DNA from: Eledone cirrhosa
Lineage: Eukaryota
DNA length: 64,000 nucleotides
Direction: 5' to 3'
NCBI GenBank assembly: GCA_964016885.1
Contig: OZ024746.1
Location: 78,678,001-78,742,000 of the forward strand
The position numbers were made by a program, and so were the translations under genes. The number at the start of each line of letters is the position of its first letter. The first letter of the stretch is position 1. Under the pieces are notes generated by a model. It worked only from the letters and a program-made list of their open reading frames with translations. It did no database searches and was not told the origin of the DNA. Below are positions 47,941 through 61,634 of this stretch, in pieces.

Positions 47941-48201
47941 GATGTTTGTATATTTTGTGTTGAGATTGAGAGAGAGAGGGGGGGTCAAAGTTATGGGGTT
48001 GTCCTACTATTTATATGTCGTTCTACGTACGTGTGTGTGTGTATGTGTGTGTATGTGTGTGTATGTGTGTGTGTATATATGTGTGTGTGTGTATGTGTGT
48101 GTGCATGTATGTGTATCTACGTGTGTCATTACGATTGCGACTGTGTATGTGTATGTATGTGTATGTATGATTATTAATGAATATTTGTAACGTTGTAGAT
48201 G

Positions 48202-48287
48202 TATTAGGTCGTCAAGAATAAAATTTGTAGAAATTTGTTGTTTTTTTTCTACAAATTTTTACAAATTTCATACTTGACGACCCAATA
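48202..48287. repeat. Imperfect inverted repeat, ~37-bp arms
   Basis: TATTAGGTCGTCAAGAATAAAATTTGTAGAAATTTGT / ACAAATTTTTACAAATTTCATACTTGACGACCCAATA. Confidence 0.85.
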
Positions 48288-48344
48288 TGTGTAGTTATAC
48301 ATGTGTGCGTATTTTTTTATAATGTGTGTGTGTGAGTGAGTGCG

Positions 48345-48409
<65 letters not shown>

Positions 48410-48619
48410 TGTAAGGGTGGTATAGTTTACATTTTTGAATCTGATTATATATATCTATGCGTTTCAGATTAAATGTATTGTATACATAAACATGTGTGTG
48501 TATGTATTGTGTGCTTGGATAGGCGTATACATATAATTGTGTGTGTGTGTGTGTGTATGTGTGTGTATGTGTGAATTAACGGGCTGTATGTAGATAAACG
48601 GTTGTGTGCGTGTGTGTAT

Positions 48620-48990
48620 GTGTGTGTGTATGAGTATGTATATATGTCTATGTATGTGTGCATGTGTGTGTGTGTGCATGAGTGTGTATTTATGTCTATG
48701 TACGTGTGCATGTGTGTGTGTGTATGAGTATGTATATATGTCTATGTGTGTGTGCATGTGTGTGTGTGCATGAGTGTGTATTTATGTCTATGTACGTGTG
48801 CATGTGTGTGTGTGTATGAGTATGTATATATGTCTATGTGTGTGTGCATGTGTGTGTGTGCATGAGTGTGTATTTATGTCTATGTACGTGTGCATGTGTG
48901 TGTGTGTATGAGTATGTATATATGTCTTTGTATGTGTGCATGTGTGTGTGTGTGTGTATGAGCGTGTATATATGTCTATGTGTGCGTGTG
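48620..48990. repeat. ~92-bp TG-derived minisatellite
   Basis: CATGAGTGTGTATTTATGTCTATGTACGTGTG three times. Confidence 0.85.
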
Positions 48991-49149
48991 TATGTGTGTG
49001 AGTATTGACGTGCTTCCACAGTGTGTGTATATATAAACAGGACCAGGAAAGCAAAAGTGAAAGTAAACTGTGACAGAGTGAGGAAGGGGAGGGAGAAAAG
49101 AGTATGAGGAGAACAAAGTGAAAGTGTGTGTACACAAAGGGAGGGAATT

Positions 49150-49410
49150 AGATGTGTTTCTTTATTTGCTACAAGGGTGCACAATAAATGGGACTTTACA
49201 GGACGTATGGCGGGGTTTTTTACATTTAAGCGTGTAAATAGTTTTAACGGTTATGAAATAAATAAAGAGCAATCGAAATCCCCAATATGAGGAGCGTTAC
49301 AACTGGGTTGTTTTACACCCCGTAGATAGAACAACCCTCAACTCCAGGACATGCTTTGTACGTGTTCCTGTCTTTTCTCTTTTGTTTTCTTCAACCTACA
49401 GGTTTATAGA
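49150..49410 (-). mobile_element. Diverged Tx1-type 3' UTR related to 7571-7895
   Basis: TGTTTCTTTATTTGCTACAAGGG...CAACCTACAGGTTTAT parallels TGTTTCTTTTATTTGCCACAAGGG...CACCTACAGGCTTAT. Confidence 0.65.
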
Positions 49411-49527
49411 TACATAGATGGATATATATATACACATATAGATAGATAGATGGCTATATATATATAGATAGATAGAGATAAATAATAGATATATTTCTTT
49501 ATTAGACAGATAGATAGATAGATAGAT

Positions 49528-49623
<96 letters not shown>

Positions 49624-49708
49624 AAATGAAGTAATTCCGTCGGAAAAGTCCAGGAAAAAAGAGTGCTCTATGTAGGTAACAGAGCTTGATAGTTATGTAA
49701 TAGTTATG

Positions 49709-49759
<51 letters not shown>

Positions 49760-49853
49760 TTGGCTCTGTTTAACTGCATTGAGCTATACCTTTTACTGTC
49801 ATATCTATAATACGAAGAGGGTGTTTAACTCCAACACGCTCCAGTATTCTAAT

Positions 49854-49895
<42 letters not shown>

Positions 49896-50070
49896 TTAGG
49901 TTTGTTGGTTCACCACTGGATAGAACTTGTCATTCCGTATGGTCAATCTCGATGTAATATTATGGAGAGTACTAAACGTAATGCAACTCACCCGTTTCGT
50001 TTGTGTAGTTGGTGGTGCGAGTACAGAGTTAATTATTATAAAATAACAGGAGGCTGGACTGGTGTAAATC

Positions 50071-50324
50071 CTTGAAAGGTTTATTATACTATGATCAGTT
50101 CAATGACCGGGTTCCGTATGAATCCGGTGATATCATCAGGTATTCAAAATATAACAAAAGAATATAACAGATAAAATCCATGGGGCTGAAAATCAGAGAC
50201 AAGAGGACGACCGACTATTTAGCAGCTTCTACCTCAGTCGGCTGCCCTCGAATACCTGATGATATCACCGGATTCTTACTGAACCCGGTCATTGAAATGA
50301 TTATAGTATAATAAACCTTTCAAG
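50071..50324. mobile_element. Foldback (75-bp arms 50071-50145 / 50250-50324), each arm a hammerhead motif
   Basis: Arms are reverse complements with about 4 differences. Confidence 0.9.
50252..50309 (+). ncRNA. Type I hammerhead motif (AUA site)
   Basis: auac-CUGAUGA-(accggauuc uuacu gaacccggu)-GAAA-U gauu A-UA/guau; mirror copy has GAAC and a GAUC loop. Confidence 0.7.
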
Positions 50325-50357
50325 AATTGAAAGTGCAAGAATTGAAAATGCAACTGA

Positions 50358-50846
50358 ATGGTTGCACATGGATTACATATTATAAAATTAGTCACTCATC
50401 AGTGATTTGCCAACCATCATTGGTATTTCATCGCATTCAAAATCAGATACCTCAGGTTGGTGCGAGCAATAACTAAAATAAGCTATTGGGACAAGTGAAA
50501 CGCGTAAAGCAAGTGAGACAAGTAAACAACAGAAGGAAAAGCAAACCGAAGGTTGGAAAACAGCAAGCCACATGGTAGTTATCCGATCAGCATAAGCTGG
50601 GTGAATTTCATGAGCGGTCAGAGAAGCAGACCGTACGCCGTGAATGCGGTGTGAGAAAGAAGGAACCCCACTACTAGCGAACGGGAGGAAGTGAGAAGGG
50701 GAGAAACAGAGAGTGAATGAGTGGAAGTGCGAGGAAGAGGTCAGTCGAGAGAAAAAGTGTAATTGACAGAGAGGGCGAAAGAAGCTAAGAGAAACAGAGA
50801 GAACGGGGGAGCAGTAAGAGAGAAAGAGAGAAACAAATAATCGCAG
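50358..50846. mobile_element. Second copy of the ~490-bp repeat at 28379-28868
   Basis: Direct comparison. Confidence 0.8.
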
Positions 50847-50850
50847 TTTA

Positions 50851-50893
<43 letters not shown>

Positions 50894-50904
50894 ATATATC
50901 TATA

Positions 50905-51009
<105 letters not shown>

Positions 51010-51179
51010 TGATTGATAGATAGATAGATAGAGATGGGAAGATGAGAAATTATCATAAAGACAACGGTGCTTGTGTGTGTGTATTTGACAGAAGATTCAG
51101 AAAAAATAAAAGGCTCAGAGAGTATTACAAGGGAAATGGTATACGTGTATGTGTACATATGTACGTATGTGTGTGTGTG

Positions 51180-51412
51180 TGTGGCTTCGTGGTTAAGGTG
51201 CTTGGTTCCCAATCGTTCGATACCCGGACCGGGCGGAGTGTTGTGTCCTTGAGCAATACACTTTATTTCACGCAGCTCCTCCACTCAGCAGGCACAAATG
51301 AATTGCTATTCAAAGGTCTAGCCTTGTCCCAAACTCTATTACACTGAATCTCCTTGAGAACTTTGTTAAGGGTCCACGAGTCTGTGGAATGTCCGACCTC
51401 TTGCATGTTAAT
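51180..51412 (+). mobile_element. CORE-type tRNA SINE
   Basis: TGGCTTCGTGG, GTTCGATACCC, GTGTCCTTGAGCAATACACTTTATTTCACG. Confidence 0.8.
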
Positions 51413-51431
51413 ATATATCTATATGTGTGTG

Positions 51432-51525
<94 letters not shown>

Positions 51526-51606
51526 CGCGTGCGTGCGTGTGTTCATTTCATTCATTACTGAACGAAACGCATGGCCATCTGTAACGAATCATTAATTTAA
51601 TGTAAT

Positions 51607-51649
<43 letters not shown>

Positions 51650-51702
51650 CATACATACATATATATATATACACATATATATATAAATATATATGTGTGT
51701 AT

Positions 51703-51773
<71 letters not shown>

Positions 51774-52128
51774 TACACGGGTGTGTATGATTGTTTATAG
51801 AAGATTATATTAATAAAAGGAATTCCAACTTTGTCTGATTTACTCGTTTTATTTACAATCCTTTAAAATTTATATAATGGTATTAGAATGAAATAGTATG
51901 GCAGAATATTAAATGTTAAGTGTTAATTGAACACATACATACATATATCTGTATATCTGTATATCTGTATATATGTTAATTGAATACAGGCTAGCCGAGA
52001 GAAGGTGACTAGCAGAGGGGGTGAGCGAAAGTAAGAGGAAGAAGAAGAGAGAAAGGGGAGAAAGAGGATAGCGACAAGGGGAAAGAAAAGAGACGGGTCA
52101 CAGCGAAGAAGGAAGCTTATATGAATAA

Positions 52129-52463
<335 letters not shown>

Positions 52464-52859
52464 AGTGGAGTGATTTTGATAGATGAAAAATGTGTTGAAG
52501 TATGTTTAATGATAAATTCATGCGAGTGAAAAAATATATTTTTCTAGTTTTTAGAGACAGAAGAGGGGGGGGGGGGGGCGGGCGTAGATATCGAGGGAAA
52601 CAAAATGAGAGGGGGGGGGGAGACAAAACGAGAAAGAGACAGAATCACTGATAATTGTTTAACCCCAGATCAATCTTGATTGAACCCACCTATAATGAAT
52701 GGCATTCCGGCCGTGACCATCCCAAAATATTGATTTGAGGGAGGTTTCGCTGCTATTTCAATCTCATCAAGCGACAAGTTAAAGGCGCTCCAGTTAGTGT
52801 ATGCTTGTGTATATGTGAGTGTGTGTTTCTGTGATGCGTGTGTTTAAGAAAGAAAGGCA

Positions 52860-53525
52860 CATAGATAGAGGAGAGTTATTGTTTTATGGGTGAGTATGGG
52901 GGTAGTAAGGGAGAGAGAAGAGGGACAGAGGGAGAAGAAGAGAGAAAAAGGGAGAGAGGGGAGGGGAGAGAAGGGGAGCGACTGGGAGGAGGGGGAGTGA
53001 AAAGAGGGAGAGATAGGAAGAAAGAGGGTGAAAAGGAGAGAAGACGAGTAAAAAAAGGGAGAGGAGGGAAAGAGAAAAGGAGAGCAAAGTGCATGAGAGA
53101 GGGGAGAGAAAGAGAGAGGAGAGGGGGAGAGAAGAGGAAGAGGGGGAAAAGAAAGGGAGAAAAGAGAGTAAAGAAATAAAAAGAGAGAATGGACAGGGAG
53201 GGAGAGAGAAAAGGGGAGCAAAGCGTGCGAGAGAGGGGAGAGAAAGAGAGAGGAGAGAGTGAAAAAGGGAGAGGAAAAGAGGAGAGGGAGAGAGAAGAGG
53301 GGGGAAGGAGAAAGAAAGGGAGAAAAGAGAGTAAAGAAAAGAAAAGAGAGAAGGGAGAGGGAGACAGAGAGACAGAGAGATGAGAAGAGATAAAGGGAAA
53401 GAGGCGTGTGGAAGAGAGATGAGAAGAGATAAAGGGAAAGAGGCGTGTGGAAGAGAGAGAGTGAGAGAGAGTGTGTGTGTGAGAGAGAAGGGGAAAGAAA
53501 GAAGGCGAGAGGGGGGAGAAAGTGG
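52860..53525. repeat. Polypurine low-complexity tract
   Basis: Directly visible; ~40-bp tandem duplication at ~53375-53458. Confidence 0.9.
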
Positions 53526-54018
53526 AGTATGTTTGATGTAAGTGAAAAGCGGCTTGCACGTGCCATCGAATTTCCCTCCCACCCAACCTCACCACTCTCT
53601 CTATCTACCACATTGTATGCAATCATTATATTTTATGTTTAATTAATTGATCAGCTATCGTAGGAGATAAGGGTGGTGTGGGGTATTGAGGGTGGATGGG
53701 GCTGATTTGCTGTGTGTTGGTTGTCTATGTCAGTGTGGATGTGTGTTGGTTGTATGTATGTGTATGTGTATGTATGTGTGCAGGTATGTGTGTGTGTTGG
53801 TTGTGTATACGTGTGTGTGTATGTGTGTGTGCATGTATGTGTGTGTGTATGTATGTGTGCATTATGTGTGTGTGTATGTGTTTATGTGTGTTTGTGTATG
53901 TATGTGTGTATGTGTGTGTGTATGTGTGTATGTATGTGTGTTTGTATGTATGTATGTGTGTGTATATGTGTGTGTGTATGTGTGTTGGTGTGTGTCTATG
54001 TATGTGTGTATGTATGTA

Positions 54019-54049
<31 letters not shown>

Positions 54050-55112
54050 TGGTGTGTGTGTATGTGTGTTGGTGTGTGTCTATGTATGTGTGTATATGTA
54101 TGTGTGTGTATATGTGTGTGTGTATGTGTGTTGGTGTGTCTATGTATGTGTGTATGTGTGTGTGTGTGTGTATTGGTGTGTGTGTATGTGTGTATAGGGA
54201 AGAAGAGAGAGTGTAGAGTGGGGCGAGAAAGGTACGGGGGAGGGATAGAGGAGACGACAGTGATAAGGATGTGTGTGTGTGTATGTGTGTGTATGTGTGT
54301 CTGTGTCTATGTGTGTGGTTGGGTATGTGTGTGTGTGGGTCATGTGTCTGAGTAGCTGTCTGTGTGCGTGGGTACTGAAGAGAGAAAGGGGTGGTTAGGG
54401 AGGGAGAGGAGAGAGAAGAAGTGATGATGATGAAAGAAGAGAACAAAGATGAAGTAGAAGTAGAGGAAGAAGAAGGAAAAGAAAAAAAGAATACGAAAAA
54501 GAAAGAAGAAAGCGAAAGAAAACAAAAATAAGAAAAAGAAAAAGGGAAAAAAGAAGAAGAAAAAGAAGAAGAAGAAGGAGAAGAAGAAGAAAAAGAAGTC
54601 TAATGGTTGGGAGAGAGAAAGAGGGTGTTATGGTGTGAAAAATCAATAGAGCGGATGAAATAGGAGAATATGGTGGTGGTGGTGGTAGTTGTGGTGGTAG
54701 TTGTGGTGGTAGTTGTGTTAGTAGTAGTGGTGGTGGTGGTAGTAGTAGTGGTGGCAGTAGTAGTGGTGATGATGGGAGGGAGTAGTGGTGGTAGTGGTGG
54801 TGGTGGTAGTGGTGGTGGTGGTAGTGGTGGTGCTAGTAGTGGTGGTAGTAGTTGTGATGGTAGTGGTAGAAATAGCCGCAATGTTAGTGGTGATAGTACT
54901 GGTTGTTTTAGTAGTAGTGATGTTGTGGATGGTGATGCTCGTTGTGGAGGAGGCTGTGGTGATGACGCAAGTAGAGGGTGGCGGCGGAGGAGGAGGGGAA
55001 AGTACAAAATATGATTTAAAAACAATAACAACAACCAATACAAATAAACAACAATACAATATGGTTTCTCATATTGGCAGACGGCCACTAATATTAGGAA
55101 AGGGAATGTGGA

Positions 55113-55860
55113 AACAACAACAACAATAACGACAAGAATAACAACAACAATAACGACAATAACAACAATAATAACGACAACAATAACAACAATAACAACA
55201 ATAACAACAACAATAACGACAACAATAACAACAACAATAACGACAACAATAACGACAACAATAACGACAACAATAACAACAATAATAACGACAATAACAA
55301 CAACAATAACGACAACAATAACAATAACAATAACGACAATAATAACGACAACAATAACAACAAGAATAACAACAAGAATAACAACAACAATAACGACAAC
55401 AATAACGACAACAATAACGACAACAATAACAACAATAATAACGACAATAACAACAACAATAACGACAACAATAACAACAACAATAACGACAATAATAACG
55501 ACAACAATAACAACAAGAATAACAACAAGAATAACAACAACAATAACGACAATAATAACAACAACAATAACGACAACAATAACGACAACAATAACAACAA
55601 TAATAACGACAACAATAACAACAACAATAACAACAACAATAACAACAACAATAACAACAAGAATAACAACATTAACAACAACATTAACAACAACAACAAC
55701 AATAATAACAACAATAACAATAACAACAATATTAACGACAACTATAACAACAACAATAACAACAACAATAACAACAAGAATAACAACATTAACAACAACA
55801 ATAATAACAACAATAACAATAACAACAATATTAACGACAATAACAATAATAATATAATAA
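55113..55860. repeat. (ACA/ATA/ACG)n compound array with a ~12-bp period
   Basis: ACAACAATAACG-type units. Confidence 0.95.
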
Positions 55861-56118
55861 CTTTTTTTGGCACTAGGGCAACATAACAACAGCATAAAAT
55901 TATACAATTCTATTGACATATACATGTGTGTGTATATATACATATATAACAGATACATACACACACGCACACACAAACATATATAATCATATATAACAGA
56001 TATATACACGCAGACATTCTCACACACATACACACGTACACACATATGTATATATATATACATATATACAAACACTATTTATTCCTGTATACATGCATTT
56101 ATACACATCAATACTATA

Positions 56119-56187
<69 letters not shown>

Positions 56188-56212
56188 GTGTGTGTGTGGG
56201 TGGGTGTGTGTA

Positions 56213-56275
<63 letters not shown>

Positions 56276-56827
56276 TATGTTTTTAAATATCCAAAATGTA
56301 TATAAATATGTCCTTAAAAGGAAGGGCATTCACTCGGAATAAATGAGGACACTCCAAAACCCGACCGCCCTCCTCTCCGGAGAATATGGCCTTTCATGTC
56401 ACCAATGCTCCGACAAAACAGAATGATCATAGCTGTCATCCACAGCAAATTAGTCTATCTACACCGGAGGGCACTCCACTCTCACTTTCCACTTCAAGTA
56501 ATACTTAAAGATGTTGAAGAGGGCTTTCCCGGAGTGAAAAAGAATTGTTCTCTGTCTTTATACCCTCATACTTTATTCTAACTCTTTCACCATAGCGGGG
56601 AGAAATTGTTGCCTGGCTCTCCTTGCTAAAGAATGGCGCCAAAGCGATCTTCATAATAGACACAGCTGACAACCGAATCCCATCTGGGGCTCAGATATGA
56701 TAGACATCAGTGAGACAAGGACTTCTATCACACATTTGGCTCTTTCTTTCTTGTTGATTACTAATCTTTATGCTTGCTTTGGTCAACCTAGATCGATGAC
56801 GGTGGAAATGCTATTTTAGAATGGAAG

Positions 56828-57044
56828 GGTCATGAATTGGCGGAGTTGTTAATGCATTGGATGAAATACCATGTGCTTCTTTATTTACGATTCCTCACGT
56901 TTTGAGTTCAATCTCACCGAAGTCAATTGTGCCTTTTATCCTTTCGGGATCGATATATTAAAGTACCAGTCACATACTAGGGTCGATGCAATCGACTTTC
57001 CCTTCTCCTCAAATTGTTAGCCTCGTGCCAAAATTAGAAACCAT
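56828..57044 (+). mobile_element. Older SINE A-related copy
   Basis: TGAGTTCAATCTCACCG...CCTTTCGGGATCGAT...GTACCAG...CCTCGTGCCAAAATTAGAAAC. Confidence 0.8.
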
Positions 57045-58039
57045 TTTTTGAATGGTCTACTTCTCGAATTTGAAGCAATTTTTTGAGATCAGAATAGGAT
57101 AATTAGGTTGGCAGTTTGGATGTGAATGTAAGCATCCTGCGTTCAATTTCTAGTCCAAGCGGTGCAAGACACCATATTTCACGTGGATCCAGTCCAACCA
57201 GCTGGAAAAAATGAGTTGAGACGGAACTGGTGCCAAGCTATATCGGCCTTTATCTTTATCTTGGACAGCATCAGTATCGTAAAGATAGAGGAGACTTGTA
57301 TGCAAGGGCCACTGCTGGTCTTCCACAAAATAACCTTATCCTAGTTTGTCGGAAAGGCAAATCCATGGCCAGCCAATCATGGCTGCAAAACACGACCAAA
57401 AATGAGCTTGTCAAGAAAATGTGATATGGCTGGCAGCTGCTGACGCTCTGAAAGGAACTACTAGATCACCAGATTTCTTAAACCATCTAGAAACCTTCCT
57501 TGGTATAGATCCCTCGTTAATGTTTGTTGGAATAGAGATGAATAGAACTACAAAACTATCTTCCACGTACTCTTTCAATGTTTACTGGTCACTGATTTGT
57601 TGACATTGTGTTCACTAGTGGCCTGTCGTTTTATTTATTTAAGATAGGAGCTTTTTGTTCAGTCCCGCCTTTGGCTATTTTCTTCTTCCTTCACCACAAA
57701 TATCTATTTAACCCCTAGCTTCAGCATGTCGTCGTAATCTGACAAAGAGTCGAAATTTAGAGCTGCAGCCTCTAGCTGACTCTCCACTGGAGAGGGTGCC
57801 TTCACAGTTAGACACAGTTAATATCTATTGTCGCTATCATTTTACGCTTTTAAATTGTGGTTGTCCTTATAATGAGGTTTGTGATTGGTTCTTTTTGTGC
57901 CGCTGTATGTTGATGTTGATGTTGTTGCTGCTTAGCCCCAGATCAACGCTGATTGGGCACACCTATAATCAAATGAATAACAACTATGATAATCTTTTCT
58001 TCTTTTTCAGTCATAGTCTATCTCGAACTACATTCTCCA

Positions 58040-58113
<74 letters not shown>

Positions 58114-59404
58114 ATTAAAACGGTGGGGTTCGAGTGAGATCGATATAGCTCCTATTTCTAGCAAATAGAAGCTCTCTAGGCTCGAAGTCTTCAGGGAGTG
58201 AAAGCCTTCAAATGGTCTCTCATTATCACAAATAAAACAATGTGGACTTGAATTTCATCCAGTACCACAAGTCCTAGATTTTTTTTTATCACAGTACATC
58301 TCACTGGGGAGTGTACGTGATGGCTACCTATTCATCTTATTGGACACAATTTCGAAATACATACGGAACCCAAATAAATCTTAACATCTGCCTCTTCCTA
58401 TTAAGGCTGACTTAACCATTAAGCAAAATAAGCACATACTTAAGGTACCAAGAGAAGAGGGACATAGTGTTATTCAAAGTAATTGTATTTGTCATTAAAA
58501 AAGGCTTTTATCGACTTTATTATATATGAGAAGCATCAAGCGTTAAGTGTTTAGGGTCGGCCTGAAAATTATTTTATCAAGTCCTAAAGTATACACCACA
58601 CCAGGATCCATCTCACGAATCCTTTTCGTTTCTACAGAAGAAGTAAAATGTAGTTATTGGTCACCAGGCAAGAGTGCAAGTAGATGTCCTTTGGTTAACA
58701 GGTTCCGCAAACATGTGCTTTTAGGATTGGAAATCCCAAGCAGATGTATCTTTTACCATAACCCCAGCTCGGATCGCCCAATGTCCTGTGAGTGAAATTT
58801 GATAGATCGAGATTGTGTGGAAACGCACGAGAGAGAGGGGGGAGGGGGTAGAGCTTTAACTTTTAAAATTATTGTGTGTTTCTCTTTCTTTCTCTCTGTC
58901 GTTTTAAGCATATTCTGTGTGTTCAGAGGATGTCGCCTTTACGCCCAGATAAACTCTACCTTATCCGATCAATAATATTGAAGGCGGTGCCCCAGCATGG
59001 CCGCAGTTCAATGTGAACCAGTAAAATAGCAAAAGAAGAAGATATGCCTGTAGTGAAATGGTCTTTGATTCTTCTTCTGAATAGAAATAAATAAGCAGAT
59101 CACCGCACATCGTCAACATTAAATTCCACTTCCTTCTTTTGATAGTAAACGGACAAAATCTGAAAATATGATGAAGGATAAGGTAAAAGTGTAAACTGTT
59201 GTATTGTCTTTTGTCTTTCTTAATTTACTCTAGTTTTCACTCTTACATTTCTAATTTACATTTTACCAGCTTTCCTAAAACAATCATAGTTACATATCTC
59301 ACAATATCTCACATAAAGTAAAACAGAACGGCACCGCTTATTGTCAACACTAGTTTCCGTTTCTTTTCTTTTGAAAATAGGTCATAATCGCGAAATATCA
59401 TAAA

Positions 59405-59590
59405 ATCATCATCATTACGTCCGCTTTTCCCTGCTTGCAAGGGTGGGACGAGTCTTATTCAGGACAGCATCTCTCCACTTGTCACGGCCGCCCGTCATCT
59501 CCTCCGTGAGCTTCAGCGATCTGAGGTCTACTCTCACCACCTTCGCCCATGTTTTTCGTGGTCTTCCTCTACTGCGTCTTCCTTTTACTG
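59405..59590 (-). mobile_element. RTE-clade LINE 3' end with (GAT)n tail
   Basis: RSRGRPRKTWAKVVRVDLRSLKLTEEMTGGRDKWRDAV, a typical RTE C-terminus. Confidence 0.85.
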
Positions 59591-59829
59591 GGATTATGAT
59601 AAAAATTTAAACCGTTGTTTTATTTAGTTTTCCTTACTTTTACTTTACTCTAGTTTTCACCCTTGTATTTCTAATTTGCATTGTACCACCTTTCCCAAAC
59701 CAATCATAACCACATATCTCACAATACTTCATATCAACCTAAATTAGTATAAAACTCAGTGCCGCTCTTGACGTGGTTTATAGTTTTCTGTTAAGTCTTT
59801 TATGACCTTTAAAGTTAGTTTGGTTAGAT

Positions 59830-60010
59830 TTTTATTTTGTTTTTAACATCAGCCAGCTCGTCTTCTGAGAATGGCAACGAAAAGTAATTGTTATTTTTTC
59901 CCGTCTGTTTATAGACGTCTTTAGGGAGGATAATTTTTCTCACCATTTTCTCCATTTTCTTGGCCTTCATTATGATGCCGAGGTTTATATTTCCCTTAAC
60001 ACTGCATCCA
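59830..60010 (-). mobile_element. Possible decayed LINE ORF2 piece upstream of RT
   Basis: [20 protein letters not shown] resembles the PF(S/T)xxEL..(A/I)K.LK segment of non-LTR ORF2. Confidence 0.35.
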
Positions 60011-60202
60011 ACAGCTCTTTTTCCCATCTCATCAGCGTTGGCTCTATTAAATTTTCTATTATTGCTGTTCTTGTCGCTGATACCGTTGTTGGCAACATTA
60101 ATATTAGTCGTTGTCCTGGTATTGGCGGTGGTGGTGGTGGTGGTGGTGGTGGTGGTGGTAATAGTTGATGGAGGTGGCGTTCTATATGTCATTTTCATTA
60201 GA

Positions 60203-60246
<44 letters not shown>

Positions 60247-60267
60247 ATATATATATATGTATGTGTG

Positions 60268-60359
<92 letters not shown>

Positions 60360-60647
60360 CATATATATATATACATACATATACGTACATATACGTACAT
60401 ATATACATATATATATATACGTACATATATATATATGTGTGTGTGTGTGTATATATATATGTATATATATATATACATACATATATATATATATATACAC
60501 ACATACATATATATATATACACATACACATATACATACGTACATACATATATATATATGTATATATATATACATGTATATATCTATGTACGTATGTATAT
60601 GTGTATGTGTATATATATATATATATATGTGTATATCTATATATATG

Positions 60648-60704
<57 letters not shown>

Positions 60705-61119
60705 GTATATATATATATATATACATATATACATATGCTCTGTATTGGTGTTACAAACAATGTTATTATTTATCATTGCAGCTACTATTGCTGTTGTTGT
60801 TGTTGTTGTTGTTGTTGGTACTGTCAAATTAAACAGGTATTTTTACATTTTCTTTTCCCACTGTCCAAACACGAAGAAACTGGTCAGTCTTTTACTTGCA
60901 AAGATAGAAAGGGAAATCTTCTCGGTGCTATCTTCAGAACAACTATTTCTTATATCTGTTCTTTAAGTTGAATTTGTTACTCTAGAAGAGAGATACTTAA
61001 TAAAGAGCAATAGTTCTTATGTACAGAATTATATGACAAATCTATTTTGTCTTATATATTAACGAGCCAGTCTCAAATCACATCATACTTCCTAAAAAAG
61101 GGGAGGAATGAAGTCACAG

Positions 61120-61229
<110 letters not shown>

Positions 61230-61297
61230 AAATACATTAAATGCTGGAACTTTAATCATAGCTTTGTTGGATCAGATTTAAGCAGGATGGTTTAGAC

Positions 61298-61634
61298 CAG
61301 GCATGGGCAACCTTTTTCGGGAAGCGGGCCGCATGAGATATGGCTCATCATCAGGTGGGCCGCAAGCGCTAATTTACATTCGTGCCCACATTAAAAAAAA
61401 AGGGCGGTAACTCAGGTTGTTTTGATTTGTTTCTTCAGAATTCGTACACGTTGCTTTCCTCGGTCGTAAAAATGATAGAAAGATAAATTACGACTGAAAA
61501 GTTGGGGTAAAAAAATCAGAAAGATTTCACTTAAGTGACTTAGGTGACTTAGGTGACTTAGGTGACTTAGGTGACTTAGGTGACTTAGGCGAGCCATTCA
61601 GAAAGCTTCGCGGGCCGCAGGTTGCCCATGACTG
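61298..61634. mobile_element. Non-autonomous hAT (Charlie-like) MITE
   Basis: TIRs CAGGCATGGGCAACCT / AGGTTGCCCATGACTG (15/16); 8-bp TSD GTTTAGAC at 61290-61297 and 61635-61642; internal (GTGACTTAG)x6. Confidence 0.93.

Noticed and set aside
55108-55857. Thr/Ile-rich ORF
   Set aside because: Trinucleotide-derived array
56290-58800. Higher-complexity stretches as host exons
   Set aside because: Short stop-interrupted frames with no recognisable domain; small exons cannot be excluded without RNA data
61529-61589. Telomeric repeat
   Set aside because: 9-bp unit inside a MITE, not a TTAGGG/TTAGG array
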